Shown one piece after another: positions 1-11,540 of a stretch of DNA of 64,000 nucleotides; within the stretch, counting starts at the first letter, position 1; the number at the start of each line of letters is the position of its first letter. The stretch covers positions 372,001 through 436,000 of the forward strand of contig CDMY01000295.1 of NCBI GenBank assembly GCA_001179505.1, in the 5' to 3' direction. A program made the position numbers and the translations under genes. Under the pieces are notes generated by a model. It ran no database searches. It was given only the letters and a program-made list of their open reading frames with translations, and was not told the DNA's origin. Source of the DNA: Vitrella brassicaformis CCMP3155. Its lineage: Eukaryota > Protista > Chromerida.

Positions 1-1317
1 ACGGCCGTCGAGACCCTCCTGGCCCTGAAGCCCGTCATGGCACGTTGGAAACAAAATTCGTACGTCCTGATGCAGCTTCCAACACATCTGAATCTGCAAC
101 ACATCCGTGAGGCTGCCCGCCCCGTCACTCGCGAGTACGAGGCGGCCCTCACGTCCATCTACCACAGGCTCATCCAACATGACAGCAGACTCTCATTGTG
201 GTGGGACGAGCGAGAGAACAATCTGGTGCATTGGGCAGCCAAGTTCCCTCCAGTCTTCTCCCAGTCCTTCATCAACGCGTACCTCAGCCTCATCACCAGC
301 CACGGAGCCAATATCAGAGTCAACCTCATCACGGGAAGAGACGGCTACGGCAGGCAGCTGCCGGGCAGCACACCACTGTACATGGCGGCAGAGCACGGCT
401 CCCCCTGTGTGGCCCACTGGCTGTGCCGCCAGCTCACAGCCGAGGACATCAACAGAGGGAAGCCCAACCAGGCCAACAAGACACCGCTGGCAGAGGCTGC
501 CGCAGGGCTCGATCGCTTAATCCAACACCAGCAGCAGCTGCAGCAATATGGAGAGGGCCAAGTGGAGCGGTGGTCGAGACGATTCCGCCACCACAAGACC
601 ATCACCCGGACGCTGCTGCGGGCCGGGGCGGCTCCATCCATCAGCCGCATGCCCAACGACACCGAGGAGGACCGCCGTCAGCGTCAGGTGGTGCTCACCG
701 AGTATGCCACAGTACTGAGCGAGCTGTCTGAGGTCGTCATGTCGGCCATCAACGCCGCCCTGGCCCCCCAGCGCGACCACTCGATGCTTCTCGCCCGTCT
801 GTTGCCCCTCGCCCGTCACCATGACGGCGCCCACCCCCACCCCTCCCCATCCAACATGGCATTCGGACCACACGAGGCAGAGGCCATCGGATGGAAGATC
901 GGCGCATTCCTGCACGAGCCCTCCGCTACTGTGGCGGCTATCGACGAGTACCTCATCGACGACTCCCAGCTGAGGCGCCGCGTCCGTGCGGCCATCGGCC
1001 ACTTCGTCAAGTCGGCGGCCACACAGACGAGCAGCAACAGGGAGGTGATGGGCGGCATGGCCAGTGTGGGCGGCGTGATGGTGCGTGTGCCGCTGCACTG
1101 CTTCGCCGTCCGGGGCAGTGGCGGCCGTGTGGTGCTGACGGGTGTCCGTGAGGTTATTCATCGGGCCCGGCTGGACGAGGCGGCCCAGCACGGTGTGGAG
1201 GGGGTTGTCAAGGGCTTCAACGAGCATCTGGGCGACCAGGACTGCCAATTCGCGTGCCGGCAGCTGGGGCGCATCGACAGGAAGACCGGCCTGTTTGTGT
1301 CGCTGGGCATCGACTGA
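1..1317 (+). CDS. Intronless ankyrin-repeat family protein (lineage-expanded family), 5'-truncated by the window edge
   Basis: Frame is open from base 1 (TAVETLLALKPVM..., matching MTAVEALLARQ in the 61.8 kb paralog). ANK-like TPLYMAAEHGSPCVAHWLC and TPLAEAAA motifs. C-terminal ~200 aa is near-identical to 61851..63581. Confidence 0.8.
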   Translation, partial: TAVETLLALKPVMARWKQNSYVLMQLPTHLNLQHIREAARPVTREYEAALTSIYHRLIQHDSRLSLWWDERENNLVHWAAKFPPVFSQSFINAYLSLITSHGANIRVNLITGRDGYGRQLPGSTPLYMAAEHGSPCVAHWLCRQLTAEDINRGKPNQANKTPLAEAAAGLDRLIQHQQQLQQYGEGQVERWSRRFRHHKTITRTLLRAGAAPSISRMPNDTEEDRRQRQVVLTEYATVLSELSEVVMSAINAALAPQRDHSMLLARLLPLARHHDGAHPHPSPSNMAFGPHEAEAIGWKIGAFLHEPSATVAAIDEYLIDDSQLRRRVRAAIGHFVKSAATQTSSNREVMGGMASVGGVMVRVPLHCFAVRGSGGRVVLTGVREVIHRARLDEAAQHGVEGVVKGFNEHLGDQDCQFACRQLGRIDRKTGLFVSLGID

Positions 1318-1745
1318 CTGAAAGGGGGAGGAGAGGGCCGTTGAGTGGGGGTGAAGTGGCTGCATGTTTGGGTGCTTTGTGTTGCAGTTCAAGGGCGGTG
1401 GGTGTCGCCGGGCTTCGCATGTGCATTCGGACAACCGTGACTTGATTCATTCAAAAACCTGTCTGTCGTTTGCGTCGGGGCCTGCGAGACATTGAGTGTC
1501 TCTCGTGCCAGTCGAGCGGCGAGCACTCTGTTGGCAATGCGGCGTTGGTTGCTTGAGGCCGCGTTGAGCCCTGCTCATGATCGACCCACCTTCGTTTGTC
1601 CAGATGAAGTGCACTGACGGGCAGTGCATTACGACCTTCAATTGACAGCTGGATTGACTGACTCCATTCTGTACGCTTGTCATCTTTTGGGTGTGGCAGA
1701 TAGCCATACTTACTGTGTCTCCCACTTTGCACAGACAAACAGACA
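1318..1745 (+). repeat. Non-coding 3' flank shared with the second ankyrin paralog (63582..~63995)
   Basis: Colinear match by eye, e.g. gtggctgcatgtttgggtgctttgtgttgcagttcaagggcggtgggtgtcgcc and cagctggattgactgactccattct in both places. Confidence 0.9.
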
Positions 1746-2229
1746 GCGATGGCATCCGTCCATGCCTGTGTCATCGAGTGTCATCCATGTCACACACACA
1801 AAGTTAATGGGCAGCAAGCTGCCACCCATTGGCAGTGAGTTGAGTCCATTCACGCTTGTAAGTGAGAAGCCAAGGGCATGAGATGGGTCAATTCAGCTGA
1901 GAAGTAGCCACAGGCAGGGAGGCAGGGCACAGGAAATACACTTATTGACCGCGTCGGGCACATGCCGCCCTCATCGCCATGTCCAACAGTCAGCCATCGA
2001 CAGAAACGGATGCACACAGCCAGCGTCTACACAGATGGCATTCGCGCCACCGTCAGATCTATACGTGCATCAGACCACTCGTCGTCAACCGCCTGGCCGC
2101 CACGCATCGTCAGCCCATAGTGGTCTCTCTCTGTCTGGTCAATCCATCGCTCCACTGCTGAACGAAATGAAGCCTCTCTCCGCTCACATGAGATGCTGCC
2201 ACCGTGGATGTGAGCACCTCAATCCTCAC

Positions 2230-4505
2230 TCACCGCCGCTGGCTACAATGGCCTCCCAACACACAGCACCTGACATCTGCACAATTATCTACACACACAC
2301 ACACAAGGGCATGAGAGATTGGCTTGTCCGCCCTCCCATCCCTCCTTACGCTGCCCGATGCACTGTGAGCGCGAGGCCGACAAATTGCCATCAACAGCGG
2401 GCGCCTCAGCTGACGCGGACCGTCAAGATCGCTCACCCAGACAAAATCGTATAGAACCCTTCCAATCAGCCAGCTGCTCCCTCCAATTTGACTGACACAC
2501 ACACAACACAGGGACACTTCCCTGCGCTGCCTGTCTGTCTGTGTGTCTGTCTGTCTGTCTGCCTGTCTGTCTTTCCCTCCTTCACCAGTGTGTCATTTTT
2601 TGGTGGTCTGACTTCCCCGACGAGGTAACCAAGGAAAGCCTCCTCGTCCTGGAGCAGACGGCAGAGAGCGCTGTAGCGATCAATCAGTCAGTCAACCACA
2701 CACGCCAATCAGACAGAGGCCATTGAGATGTGTCGGGATTGCCCTCTCCTTTCCCCTCTCATGACTGACCATTCTGTGCTCTGTGCCCCAGCAGTATCCC
2801 GCGGGCCGTCTCCCACTCCCTTCTCAGGTTCGGCAACCTCGACAGCTCTGGGTCACAGCCGCCGCTGCAAACATACACACATGTGATAGGTGGCTTCATG
2901 TAGGACGTCGTTGCTCACACAGGGATTTGAGCTTGGGAGCACGCTCCAGCATTCTCTCGATGTCTCGCCCAATTGCAGGCGAAGAAGAGATGGAAACTGC
3001 CACCGTTGGAATCTGCACACACACACAAATCCGCACAGATGCACTCCCAGCTGTGACCATCACAAACAGTGACACGTACGACCATCCTTCGACGTAGAGC
3101 TCCTCGAGTTGCGAAAAGGCCACAGTGGCCGGCGATGTCGGCACATGGCCTTGATCGAAGTAGTAGTCCCAGTCCTCCCCCGCACAGAGCTTCATGCGCG
3201 TGATTGTGTCGCGAGACGCCTCGATTCACTCGAGAGGGAAGAAGAGGGCCCTCCAGTGACTGCTGACGTGCACCGTCCGCAGCCGACTCTGCAAGGAGAC
3301 AGACAGACAGACAGACAGGAGACACAGTTAGCTGCCTCTTCTAGTTGGTGCACTCTATTGGAGCCCACCCACCAGTTTCTGCTTCAGTTTGTGGAGCGTC
3401 TCGTCCTCTCTCTGCCGCCTGAGGACCGCCCCGTCACCCTCCCCTCATCATTGTTTCCCCCCTCCTCCCCTCTTTCTTCGTCAGCTTCCTCCCGCTCTTC
3501 ATCCTCGTCGCTCTTCGCGTCGCCATGGATGCCGATCTCCTCAAGTGTCCGACCGGCGTTCATCCGAATGCTCCGACCCCACCACTCTCGCTCGTCCTCA
3601 CCAATCACTAAGTGGCGGTACACGCCCCTCGTGTCGTCGGTGACGTGCTGCTTGATGAACTTGTTGACGCGGGAGAGGGGCGCGGCGTCTTTGGTGGGCA
3701 GGAGGGCCAACACGATGTGCGCCACGTCGGGCGGCAGGCCGTCGAGACTCGGACGACCCGAGTAGGGCTGACGAAGAACACAGCGCACAGACACGTGTCT
3801 GTACGTGGATATCTCGGTTCATCTCGTTGTGTGGCTTGCCTGGGCTGCTATGGCGTCTGGTGGGAGGGGTTCGTTGGCGATCGGTTGAGGGGCAGGCGGC
3901 TTGGCGACGGCCACGCCGCCGAGTGTCTTGATGAGACCCCGTAGCATGTCATATCGCGACACGACCGACTGATCCAACTTCTGCAGGCTGTTCGACAGCC
4001 GCGGCATCTGTCAAGACACACATCAGCACTCACAGACAGAAGGAGAAAAGTGTGTGTGTGTGTGTGTGTGTACCTTGTCGGCCAGGGTGGGAGTGACGTA
4101 TGGTCGCACCTCTGAGAGCACAACCGCCGTCTGCGCCTCCAGTAATTTGATCTTCTTCAACAGTGGGACCAGCTGACGCACATTCGCCTTGTCAGCCTGA
4201 CGGAATGAGGGAACACACGGGCACACACATGGCCGACAAGTGTGTCTGCGTGTCGTCCATGCAGGTGGGTCTGTCGCTGACCCAGTCTATGATGGGCCGC
4301 ATCTCTTGGTCCGGCTGCTGGCCTCCGTCTACAGCTGCACCAGCGCTACATCCACCAACTGAGGGAGAGATCATCACGAGAAAGACAGGCGGCCATGAGT
4401 GAGTCTGGGCTGTTTCCTCTGTGAGTCCCTCTTCCCACCTCCGGCAGCAGCAGCAGCGGGCGATGAGCCATCACTGTCCACACGAGGCCTCTTGGCAGCA
4501 CTCTC
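2230..4505 (-). pseudogene. Multi-exon F-box-like family gene, 5' end cut at 4505 (start codon apparently lost)
   Basis: Exons read ESAAKRPRVDSDGSSPAAAAAG, QPDQEMRPIIDWV, QADKANVRQLVPLLKKIKLLEAQ, then F-box-like SLDGLPPDVAHIVLALLPTKDAAPLSRVNK (3384..3794) and VAFSQLEELYVEG. The 3' limit is uncertain. Confidence 0.55.
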
Positions 4506-4518
4506 GAGAGTGCTGCCA
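4493..4518. repeat. Perfect 26-bp palindrome TGGCAGCACTCTC|GAGAGTGCTGCCA
   Basis: Read directly from the sequence. Its centre (4505/4506) coincides with the end of homology to the paralog at ~11.5 kb. Confidence 0.95.
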
Positions 4519-4700
4519 CACGCCTGGAAACCAATGAGAGATCTGAAGCGATTGCTTCTCTCCCTCTTGATCCGTGCCTGTTGTTACCTACTTGCTTCTC
4601 TCTTTTTAGCACAGAAGGGCTTGGCAAAGGCTTCAAGCGCGCAAATTGCTAGGGTGTTCCAGGAAACCCCTCCAGCTGGACCCCCAATTCCATCGAACAC

Positions 4701-7700
4701 ATGAGGAAGAAATTCGAGCACGCTATCGGCCTGCCTGCCGACGTGGATGGTGGCAGAGGTGGGAGGCAGAAGGAGGGCTTGAAGGAGCGGGGCGACGAGG
4801 CCATGACCAAGGGGCAGCTGCCGAAGGAGCCGCCCGAGGCCTCAGAGGGCCGACCACTCAGCCACACTCCGCCGTCAGCTCCCCGCCCCGCCGTGCGATT
4901 CGGCAGCGACAGCCCCCAATCAAGCCAGCCCCTCCCCACGGCCCAGCAGCCCCTGTCGCCCCTACGACCGCCGTCTTCGAGTGAGTCCGACTCCGACTCC
5001 GACTCCGATTCTGATTCTCGTTCCTCCCCTTCTTTCCCACGGGCCTCCCGGCCATCACACTCTGCCGACCAAGACATTCTGACCCCTTCCAGTGGACCAG
5101 ATGATGCACCGCCGCAGCCCTCATCTCCCAGTGCGTCCCCCGAATCGTCGACGACGGGGGAGCAGCTGGAGAGCCCTACCGTCAACGAAAGTCTCCCCCT
5201 GGAGCCGCTGGGGCTGTCACATGCGAAGTCCGCGAGAACGGAAGAAGAAGTGCTGTCGGAATGGAAGCAGGTGAGAGCGACACGGGTATCAGAGGTGCGA
5301 GTATGTATTAAGTTTTGTGTGTCTGTCTGTCTGTCTGTCTGCAGATGAAGGAGCGTCTCTTTAAGAATGCACCACCCGAGCTCAAGACGGAGGCCGGCGA
5401 GCGGGTGTTATCGAAAAAGTTTAAGGGCATGAAGGGCATGAAGAAGCTCCTTGCCGGGACGGTTTACTGCTACGACAGCCGTGAGGCAAGCTCTGCCTCT
5501 GATTCCCTACTGAGAGCCCCACTGACGCTCACCGAGGAGAAACAACTCGAGGATGTGGCGGGAAAGGGAGCTCTCATATTCAAGAAGATCGACCGTGGCA
5601 ACACACAAGTACTGATTCCGAAGCATACAGCAGCCTCCTGGCGCTCATTTGCCGTTGGTGTGTGGGTGTGTGTGCGTGCGTGCAGTCGTCTGAATCCTCT
5701 GAGTCATCAACTCTTCCAGAGGTGGTGGTTCATGCGTGGCTGTCGATGCACGCTCGCCAAGAGGTCAGACGACTGGCCCCGAAGCTCTACGGCATCGTCA
5801 GTACTAAGAAGAAAGACCAAAGGCTGGGAACGGAGTCAACGGACCACTGGAGTGTCAGCGGTGAGTGAGTCGGCACCAGACGCGTAGTGCGCCGCCGTAA
5901 CCGTGGTGCTCTTTCATTTGTTGGTCGATGTCCGTCTGTCAGAGTTCATCTCTGGTGGCTCACTGGATCGTAGGGATGCGCAGGAGATGCTTAGAAAGAT
6001 GTCTTTTGCTGAGAAGGCCAATCTCTGCCTTCAGGTCAGTCCGCCCCCCGCACCCTGTCCATCTCGTGCTTCAATGTGTCTCATTCTCGTTGCGTTTGCT
6101 GTGTCACCTTCCCGTTGTTATGGGTGCAGTTGTTGCGTCACGTTGAGGAGCTTCATTTGCTGGGCATCGCACACGGCGACCTGTCGCTGGGAAACCTGCT
6201 GTTACGCCGACGAGGCCGCGGCTACGAACTACTCCTCAACGACTTCGAGACTGCTGGTACGGACACGACAGCGATTGACGCCTTGCCTGGCGTCTTGCAC
6301 TCGCACACACCGCCACGCACACACTCTACGCTGTCATGGATTTGCTCTGCCTGTTTGTTGAGTGCAGTGGCTGCTTTGGACAAGAAAGGAGAGGAGAAGT
6401 GGCTCGAGGCATATGAAATAAGAGGAAAAGGAGGCACCAAGCCGTTCATGGCCCCAGAGAAATACCTCATGTCGCCGTTCGCCCAGGGGGGCAAAGACCA
6501 GGACGGCAGAAGCGATGGCGGCAGCCAGGACTGCTCGAAGGACCTCGTTTGGTAAGGACCTAATGCACAAGTGTGTGTGCTGCGCGGCAAGGGAGACATG
6601 ATTGTGTGTGTCCTTTACAGGTGTCCATTTCGCAATGACATATGGGCTTGCGGGGTGCTTATCTACATGATCCTCAAGAACGGCATCGAGCCGTGGAAGA
6701 TGGCAGACGAGGACAACAACGAATTCAAGTCCTTCGCAAACGAGGTCAGCTCAGGACAGAGAAACACAGCATTAGTGTTTGATGTACCTATGTGTGTGCA
6801 TCTGTGCAGCATAAGTACAACTTGGTCAGCTTTGCCCAGGCCGTCTCTGAAATGGAAACAAAAGTCCTCGGTGAGTACTCATGCGGGCAGCCAACCGGGT
6901 CGAATACATACACGCATTCCTCTTCTGTTCCTCTCTGTGCGCAGACGTCGCTGGCAGTGCACTGGCCATGGACCCAATACAGCGCCCTTCCATGGAAGAG
7001 ATGGTGGAGAAACTCGGGCACGCCATCGGCCTGCCCACCGATGGGAAAGGTGGCAGCGGTGGGCGGAAGAAGGAGGGCTTGAAGGAGCGGGGCGACCAGG
7101 TCATGACTGAGGGGCAGCTGCCGATTAGAGAGCCGCCCGAGGCCTCAGAGGGCCGACCACTCAGCCACACTCCGCCGTCAGCTCCCCGCCCCGCCGTGCG
7201 ATTCGGCAGCGACGGTCCCCAATCAAGCCAGCCCCTCCCCACGGCCCAGCAGCCCCTGTCGCCCCTACGGCCGCCGTCTTCGAGTGAGTCCGACTCCGAC
7301 TCCGACTCCGATTCTGATTCTCGTTCCTCCCCTTCTTTCCCACGGGCCTCCCGGCCATCACACTCTGCCGACCAAGACATTCTGACCCCTTCCAGTGGAC
7401 CAGATGATGCACCGCCGCAGCCCTCATCTCCCAGTGCGTCCCCCGAATCGTCGACGACGGGGGAGCAGCTGGAGAGCCCTACCGTCAACGAAAGTCTCCC
7501 CCTGGAGCCGCTGGGGCTATCACATGCGAAGTCCGCGAGAACGGAAGAAGAAGTGCTGTCGGAATGGAAGCAGGTGAGAGCGACACGGGTATCAGAGGTG
7601 CGAGTATGCATTAAGTTTTGTGTGTCTGTCTGTCTGTCTGTCTGTCTGCAGATGAAGGAGCGTCTCTTCAAGAATGTACCACCCGAGCTCAAGACGGAGG

Positions 7701-9806
7701 CCGGCGAGCGGGTGTTATCGAAAAACTTTAACCGTCATATGGAAGAGTTCCCTGACTTCCCGATCTACCTCTATGACCTTGAGGACATCCGCTCCGGCTC
7801 CAAAGCGCCACTCTTGTCGGAAAAGCCATTAATACTCGCCAAGAAACGGCTCCAGAACGTGGCAGAGGGGGGAGTGCTCATGTTTAAAAGGATTGACCGT
7901 CGTCACATACAGGTAGTGTTATCGGAGCATACAGCAGCCTCCTGGAGCTCATTTGCCGTTGTTGTGTCTGTGTGCAGTCATCAGTTCCTGAGGTGGTGAT
8001 TCATGCGTGGCTATCACAGCACGCTCGCAAAGAGGTCAAGCGAATGGCCCCGAAGCTCTATGGCATCGTCAGCACTGAGGGGGGAGAACAATGGAGTGTC
8101 AGCGGTGAGTGAGTCGATACCAGAAACAAACTCGCCAATGCGCACCGTGGCCATGACGCCCTTTCATGTGTTGGTCGATGTCCGTCTATCAGAGTTCATC
8201 TCTGGTGGCTCACTTGATGATTGTAATGCGCGGGAGATGCTTGGGAACATGTCTCTGGCTGAGAAGGCCAATCTTTGCCTTCAGGTCAGTCCGCCGCCCC
8301 GCACCCTGTCCATCTCGTGCTTCAATGTGTCTCATTCTCGTTGTCTTTGCTGTGTCTCCCTCTCATTGTCTTGGGTGTAGTTGTTGCGTCACGTCAAGGC
8401 GCTGCATTCGCTGGGCATCGCACACGGCGACCTGTCGCTGGCCAACCTGCTGTTGCGGCGACAAGGCGACGGCTACGAACTACTCCTCAACGACTTCGAG
8501 ACTGCTGGTACGGACACGACAGCGATTGGCGCCTTGCCTGGCGTCTCGCACTCGCACACACGCCACGCACACACTCTACGCGGTCATGGATTTGCTCTGC
8601 CTGTTTGTGGCGTGCAGTGGCTGGTTTGGACAAGAAAGGAAAGGAGAAAAGGATCGAGACATGTGGAATAAGAGGAAAAGAAGGCACTAAGCCGTTCATG
8701 GCCCCAGAGAGATATCTCATGTCGTCGTTCGCCCAGAGGAGCAGAGACGAGGGCGACACGGGCGATGGCGGCAACCCAAACGGCTCGAAGGACCTCGTGT
8801 GGTAAGGACGTAATGCACAAGTCTGTGTGCTGAGCGGCAAGGGAGACATGATTGTGTGTGCCGTCTGCAGGTGTCCATTCCGCAATGACATATGGGCTTG
8901 CGGGGTGCTTATCTACACGATCCTCAAGAACCGCAGGTGCACGTGGGAAAGGCCAGACGCTGAGGCCAACGACGATTTCAAGTCCTTCGCAAACGAGGTC
9001 AGCTCAGAAACCAGGACAAAGAAACACACCATGAGTGATTTATCTGTGTGTGCATCCGTGCAGCACAAGTACAACTTGGTCAGCTATGCAGGGGCCGTCT
9101 CTGCAATGGAAACAAAAGTCCTCAGTGAGTACTCATGTGGGCAGCCAGCCGGGTCGAATACATACACGCATTCCTCTTCTGTGCCTCTCTGTGCGCAGAT
9201 GTCGCTGGCAGTGCGCTGGCCATGGACCCAATGCAGCGCCCTTCCATGGAAGAAATGGTGAAGAAGCTCAAGCACGCCATCGGCCTGCCCACCAACGGGA
9301 AAGGCGGCAGCGGTGGGCGGAAGAAGGAGGGCTTGGAGGAGCGGGGCGACCAGGTCATGACTGAGGGGCAGCTGCCGATTAGAGAGCCGCCCGAGGCCTC
9401 AGAGGGCCGACCACTCAGCCACACCCCGCCGTCAGATCCCCGCCCCGCCCTGGATTCAAGCCAGCCCCTCCTCACGGCCCAGCAGCCCCGGTTGCCCCCG
9501 CAGCTGCCGTCTCCGAGTGAGTCGCGCGCCTCCCAGCTGGCTCAAGAGACGCCACCTGACGGACCAGATGGTGCACCGCGGCAGCCCTCACCTCTCCGTG
9601 CGCGTCTCTGTCGTGTCCGCGAGGGGACAGGCAACGAGGGCTTCCTGCAGTCAACCGCCAGCTCAAGACTGAAAGAAGTCCAGCAACAGCCGTGTTTGCC
9701 ACCAGCGCGTCTCCGTCGCCTGCGCTGGGTGACAGGCAACGAGCGCTTCCTGCAGTCCACCGCCAGCTCAAGACTAAAGGAAGTTCAGCGACGTGTGCGG
9801 GGCTGA
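4701..9806 (+). CDS. Tandem atypical protein kinase: Pro/Ser linker - kinase 1 - linker - kinase 2 - tail, from a ~2.3 kb repeat unit
   Basis: Each unit has in-phase exons: ...LIFKKID / APKLYG / EFISGGSLD / HGDLSL(G/A)NLLL...NDFETA / GTKPFMAPE / NDIWACG / ALAMDP(I/M)QRPSMEEM. The linker exon ending EWKQ splices in phase 0 into the next unit's MKERLFKN (introns ~5271-5344 and ~7571-7651). Unit offsets are 2300 and 2254 bp (4811, 7111, 9365). Confidence 0.75.
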
Positions 9807-10313
9807 GTTCGTGACTGTGATTTATGGTGACCACCTTTGATTTAGCGGGGCTGATCGATCAATCGCTTTTGGGAGGGACTTTCTGGTTTAGTCGTAAGTG
9901 CTCTGATAGCATGACATGACAGCAATGGACTTGATTGATTGAATGCACTCACACATACCAACATACATGGGATGACCACATGAACACACGCCAGTCCGTC
10001 CTCAGACGCCATCATGTCGCCCATGTCACTCGGGGACAATTGACGATGCACTGACACCACATATATGCTCTTCCGCCCGCCGCTCCCATCACTGTGTCCA
10101 ACCAGTCAGCTATCGACACAGAAACACATCCATGCACTAAGAAGGGGCTATGCACATGGCAGCCGCGCCAGGTCTAACGATACACATGGCCGCCAAGAGT
10201 CGTCACCCGACTGGCTCTCATCGGCAGTCAGCCCATAATGCGCTGTTTCTATCTGATCGATGCACTACTCGGCAACCGCGTGGGACGCGGCCTCCCTGCT
10301 CTCTCCCTCCCTC

Positions 10314-11540
10314 TCAGCACGCGCAAAACTCGAACGCCCGTGCATTCTTATCTAAGAAAGCAGCGCCGGACACCATCTTGTTTATCGGGTCACAATCACA
10401 TAGCGAGACAGTGATGGAGGTGGTGTGAGGGTATAGGGTGCACTCGGAGATGGCAGGCACCTCTGAGGAACCCAGTGCTTCCACACAGACCCTCTCTAGC
10501 TTGACAGTGGGGGGCAGCTGCGACAGGCAAAACGCTGCCACACCCAGGTTGGGCAACGAGGCCAGATCTGTCGTGAGCCTGTCTAACGTGCCCAGCAACG
10601 TGCCCAGCAACGTGCCCAGGCCATTGGGCCCCACAGGCATCTCATGACACACCCTCCGGAAGCCGTCGCCCATGGTGAGGGTGAGATGGGTGATGTTGGG
10701 CAGGTGGCGATTGCCACCAGTGGTGTCGCTCCTCGCGGCCATCCACTGAGGCACACTCGAGAAGGCCGTGGACGACCCCAGCCTCTTCACCGATAGCGTG
10801 GTGGCCGTTGTGGAAGACAGCAGGCCGGCCACGACTGGTGTAGAGGCTTCCCGCCACACTGGAGAGTGACCTGCATTCAGACAGAAGGACAGGACACAAA
10901 AGGAGCAGGAATGAATGTTCGTCTTTTTGTCGCCTCGATCGATATATCTTGATGCGCTGCTCACCTTATCAGCCGTGCCGCTCGTCTTTCTTATCATTCT
11001 CGCCATAAGGCAGTGGGTGCAGGAGGGCAAGTGATGAGATCTCTGGCACAGTCGACAGCCAGCTCAGTCGCCCTCCACTCGACCGTGCACTTGACGGAGC
11101 TCTGATCTGCTTCAACAGCGGGACTTCAACAGCGGGACCAACTGACGCACATTCGCCTTGTCAGCCTGACGGAATGAAGGAACACACGGACACACACATG
11201 GCCGACAGCTGTGTCCGCGTGTGCCGTTCATTGTAGGTGGTTGTGTTGCTTACCCAATCTACGATGGGCCGCATCTCTTGGTCCGGCTGCTGGCCTCCAC
11301 CCACAGCAGTGCTACATCCAAATTGGCTACATCCGCCACCCACTGAGAGAGACCATCACGAAAAAGGCAGCCAGCCATCAAAGAGTGAGTCTGGCTGTTC
11401 CCTTTACGAGTTCCTGTCCCCACCTCTGGATGCAGCAGCAGCAGCAGCAGCAGCAGCGGCTGATGAGCCATCATTGTCCACACGAGGCCTCTTGGCAACA
11501 CTCTCGTCAGCTCCGCCAGACACCAAGGGGCATCTCTTTC
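10314..11540 (-). pseudogene. Degenerate paralog of the 2.2-4.5 kb F-box-like gene
   Basis: 11105-11512 matches 4150-4505 (QPDQEMRPIVDWV, QADKANVRQLVPLLK). A 14-bp tandem duplication cttcaacagcggga (11110-11137) shifts the frame and the F-box exon is missing. There is an in-frame 12-bp x3 repeat (GTLL) at 10585-10620, and flank ~10095-10250 resembles ~1980-2140. Confidence 0.65.

Noticed and set aside
517-1434. Long antisense ORFs over the ANK genes (517..1434 and 62469..63698)
   Set aside because: These are GC-rich shadow frames. Their similarity simply mirrors the sense-strand duplication.
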